In this document: positions 48,485 through 50,714 of the stretch, piece by piece
Position numbering within the stretch: position 1 is the first letter of the stretch
Layout: each line of letters begins with the position of its first letter
Source of the DNA: a virus
Lineage: Duplodnaviria; Caudoviricetes
Reading direction: 5' to 3' (one strand)
Virus record (IMG/VR): IMGVR_UViG_3300032156_000016
Location: 1 to 50,714 of that record
Length of the DNA: 50,714 nt
Notes under the pieces: generated by a model
Seen by the model: the letters and a program-made list of their open reading frames with translations, nothing else
Told to the model about the DNA's origin: nothing
Database searches by the model: none
Translations under genes and position numbers: made by a program

Positions 48485-48825
48485 GTCTTGTCCTGCTCCG
48501 TCAGGCGACCAACCGCCGACATAAGCGGGTCAACCATCCCTTTGATATTCGCCTCGTATGTCATCTGGTCATCATGTCTCGCAAGGAAGGCAACGAAGTC
48601 CTTCGCCGCCTCGATCACGTCCTTGACTCTCTCCGCGTGGGCGTCCCAACCACGTTTAGCGTGAAAGTGGGCGTCCTCGTGATACCGCGAAGCTGTACGA
48701 AGGGAGCTTGTTCCGCCGTTATCCCACCATGCCTCAAACTCCTCATCCTTCTGGGCTGATTGGGCCGTTTCTGAGCCGTTGTTGTTCATGGCTTGGCCTC
48801 CGGTTCTTTTCCTGTTCCCATGCAC
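48481..48825 (-). CDS. Hypothetical protein (likely start 48789)
   Basis: GGAGG SD before MNNNG; EFEAWW motif; GC-rich. Confidence 0.65.
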   Translation of the reverse strand: MHGNRKRTGGQAMNNNGSETAQSAQKDEEFEAWWDNGGTSSLRTASRYHEDAHFHAKRGWDAHAERVKDVIEAAKDFVAFLARHDDQMTYEANIKGMVDPLMSAVGRLTEQDKT

Positions 48826-49226
48826 TGGTAGCAGTTCATTGTTCCAAGTTGACTAGATACGGTTAGCTTGCCGTTACAAACTCGACACGGTTTCTCTTCC
48901 TCTCCATGTGGTTGAAGTTTCTGGCACTCGCGGGAGGCGGCGACGGTTTGGCGCAGGTGGTCGTATGATGCTTGTTTCGCCACTCCACAACGTATTGACT
49001 CAATAAGCGACAGCGTCGCCCTCAACACCGGCTCCACGTCGGCGCGGTAGGCGGCGAAGGCTTGCTCAATCTCGCGCTTCTCGATCTCGGCATCATTCTG
49101 ATCGCGGCAGTAGATGGAGCAGTAGCCGTCGATGCGAAACTCCTCGTCCTTGCATCCTTCCCTCGCGCACAAACGTACGCCGTTGACCATGCGAATCGGC
49201 CAACCGAAGTCGTCTCTATCGTTCAT
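48786..49226 (-). CDS. Cys-rich hypothetical protein
   Basis: C..C/YCS.YC and DnaJ-like CxxCxG pairs. Confidence 0.7.
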   Translation of the reverse strand: MNDRDDFGWPIRMVNGVRLCAREGCKDEEFRIDGYCSIYCRDQNDAEIEKREIEQAFAAYRADVEPVLRATLSLIESIRCGVAKQASYDHLRQTVAASRECQKLQPHGEEEKPCRVCNGKLTVSSQLGTMNCYQCMGTGKEPEAKP

Positions 49227-49374
49227 GGCTTCTCTTTTGCCGCGTCGTCATCATCGTCGTCGTCATTGGGTCGTTCTCGTTTCCGAACGTCTCTGTCGGT
49301 ATCTCTTCCGCTCACAGCGTCAGCAATTGCCTTCCCGGGATTGCTTAACAATTTCCATAGCCACCATTCTCCCA

Positions 49375-49701
49375 TTAGCTTTTCTCCTTTGCGTCGAGGG
49401 CGGGCCGCAGAATGTTGGCCGCTTGCTCCATTCCAGTGTCAACGCCATAGCCATACACGTCGTCAGAGTTGCCCCAATCCCCATATTCGCAGTCCGCTTC
49501 GTAATTCTTAGGAGCGCGAGACAGCACTTCCCGTGCTGCGCTCTCAATCCCCCGTAGCCTCTCGATCTCTGCGCGTTGAAGGGCGTCGTGGGCGCGTATC
49601 GCGTTGCGGTGTTCTGCTATCCACGGGGGCCAGTAACTACCAGCCCCAAGCATTTTCTCTAGCTCATCCTCCGTCAGAATCTTGCTCTTGTCGGTCATCA
49701 C
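49375..49701 (-). CDS. Hypothetical protein (GC-rich branch)
   Basis: GAGGAG SD; coupled. Confidence 0.65.
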   Translation of the reverse strand: MMTDKSKILTEDELEKMLGAGSYWPPWIAEHRNAIRAHDALQRAEIERLRGIESAAREVLSRAPKNYEADCEYGDWGNSDDVYGYGVDTGMEQAANILRPALDAKEKS

Positions 49702-49982
49702 AGCTCCTCGGTTTCCGTTACGCCGTAAAGGCGGACACTCTCCCTAACGATTGTTGGGCTGTTGTCAACGTGCTCGATGATTGAACTCACGGGCGTATCG
49801 CCTGGAATAATCCAGTGATGCGTCTCGCGTGTGAGACCATCAAGGATGTCGTACTGGAACAGCACTTTGTCTTTTACCGCGTCGCTCACTTCTTCCTCCG
49901 TTTCTCGACGACCCTCACGCAGCCGTCCTCTCAATTCTTGGTGGCGCTGGCCGCTAGTCCATCTAGCGTGAGCTGGCAGCAT
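49698..49982 (-). CDS. Hypothetical protein (start probably downstream)
   Basis: GGAGG precedes internal GTG (VSDAVK). Confidence 0.45.
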   Translation of the reverse strand: MLPAHARWTSGQRHQELRGRLREGRRETEEEVSDAVKDKVLFQYDILDGLTRETHHWIIPGDTPVSSIIEHVDNSPTIVRESVRLYGVTETEEL

Positions 49983-50002
49983 CCAGATACCAGCGCCATG
50001 TC

Positions 50003-50440
50003 TTAGCTCTCCCCACGCTTCCAGCCGTGAACCTCGCAGATGATCTTCCGCTTGAGCGAGGCGATCTTGTCACCGTCTCGTTGAATCGGCGGGTAAAGGG
50101 CCACAAGCCACAGCCGGTCGCCTTTCCATTGACTCGGATTGAACGTTCCGTGAAGAGCGCGCGGAGTGCAAATCTCTAGTGGCCCAGCAATCTCCTGCAC
50201 GCTTCCGGGTATCACGGGCACGCCCTTTCCGCCGTTGCAGGCTTTCCCTTCGGCGTCCGAGAACCAGAACGCATACTCAGCGTCGGTGTCGGTTTCTCCG
50301 CGTTCCCTTGCTAAGTGCTCTGCAAAAGTTTTATAGCCGTCGCCGTAGCCGTCGCCGGAGCCGTCGCCGTCGCCGGAGCCGTAGCCGGAGCCGGAGCCGT
50401 AGCCGTAGCCGTAGCCGTAGCCGGAGATTTCCGCTCTCAT
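50003..50440 (-). CDS. Phage protein with GY/GS/GD dipeptide repeat
   Basis: 6-bp tandem repeats at about 50335-50425. Confidence 0.75.
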   Translation of the reverse strand: MRAEISGYGYGYGYGSGSGYGSGDGDGSGDGYGDGYKTFAEHLARERGETDTDAEYAFWFSDAEGKACNGGKGVPVIPGSVQEIAGPLEICTPRALHGTFNPSQWKGDRLWLVALYPPIQRDGDKIASLKRKIICEVHGWKRGES

Positions 50441-50714
50441 TGTTTATATGTTTCCGCTGAGATCCACGCTTGCTCAGCACCAGACGTGCATTTCACAACC
50501 GCAGTCACTTTTCGAAGTTCGATATCTGCCGCTGCTCCGATCCTGCATTTTTTTGTTGGACCAGTGCTAGCGAGGCCCATAAATCCGCCGACATCGGATG
50601 ACCAGTAAATTGCACACCTCGCATCCTCGAGTGTGATTATATCTCCAGCCGTGTCCGCAGCGTACCCGGCGAACACGCCGCGAAATTCTGTTGTCACAAG
50701 AACGAAACGCTTTT
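50437..50714 (-). CDS. Phage hypothetical protein, 5'-truncated
   Basis: RGVFAG...L.DAR..IYW..G..GLA..GP motif; coupled to the GY-repeat gene. Confidence 0.7.
   Translation of the reverse strand, partial: KRFVLVTTEFRGVFAGYAADTAGDIITLEDARCAIYWSSDVGGFMGLASTGPTKKCRIGAAADIELRKVTAVVKCTSGAEQAWISAETYKQ

Noticed and set aside
48130-50608. Plus-strand ORFs in the GC-rich end
   Set aside because: Antisense shadows of coupled minus-strand genes
1-50714. Alternative genetic code
   Set aside because: Core genes are intact under the standard code and TAA, TAG and TGA all end genes

Overview
Near-complete genome of an AT-rich, long-tailed (siphovirus-like) dsDNA phage with two divergent arms. The minus-strand arm (about 1-15270, continuing at 47614-49226) carries many small early genes, a tRNA-Leu(UAA), a primase-helicase fusion, a PD-(D/E)XK nuclease and a RuvC-like resolvase. 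The plus-strand arm (16429-47606) carries minor virion and lysis genes ahead of terminase, portal, protease/scaffold, capsid, head-tail, tail tube, a -1 frameshift chaperone, tape measure and two large tail proteins. No integrase, DNA polymerase or reverse transcriptase was recognised. Bases 1-127 recur exactly at 49102-49228, implying a circle of about 49,101 bp plus a 1.5-kb GC-rich branch that probably comes from another element. The most unusual signals are non-coding. (1) A control region at 15400-16100 contains sigma54-type -24/-12 promoters, six 25-bp IHF-like sites and repeated TGGGT-N6-ACCCA boxes, and faces a sigma70 unit encoding a Fis/NtrC-type HTH protein without an AAA+ domain: a candidate sigma54-based phage switch. 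(2) Several hairpins display anti-Shine-Dalgarno loops; one is 14/15 complementary to the RBS and start codon of two early genes. (3) A 742-bp dyad with register-locked blocks lies next to the primase-helicase. All protein calls come from motif recognition by eye; no database search or folding program was run.
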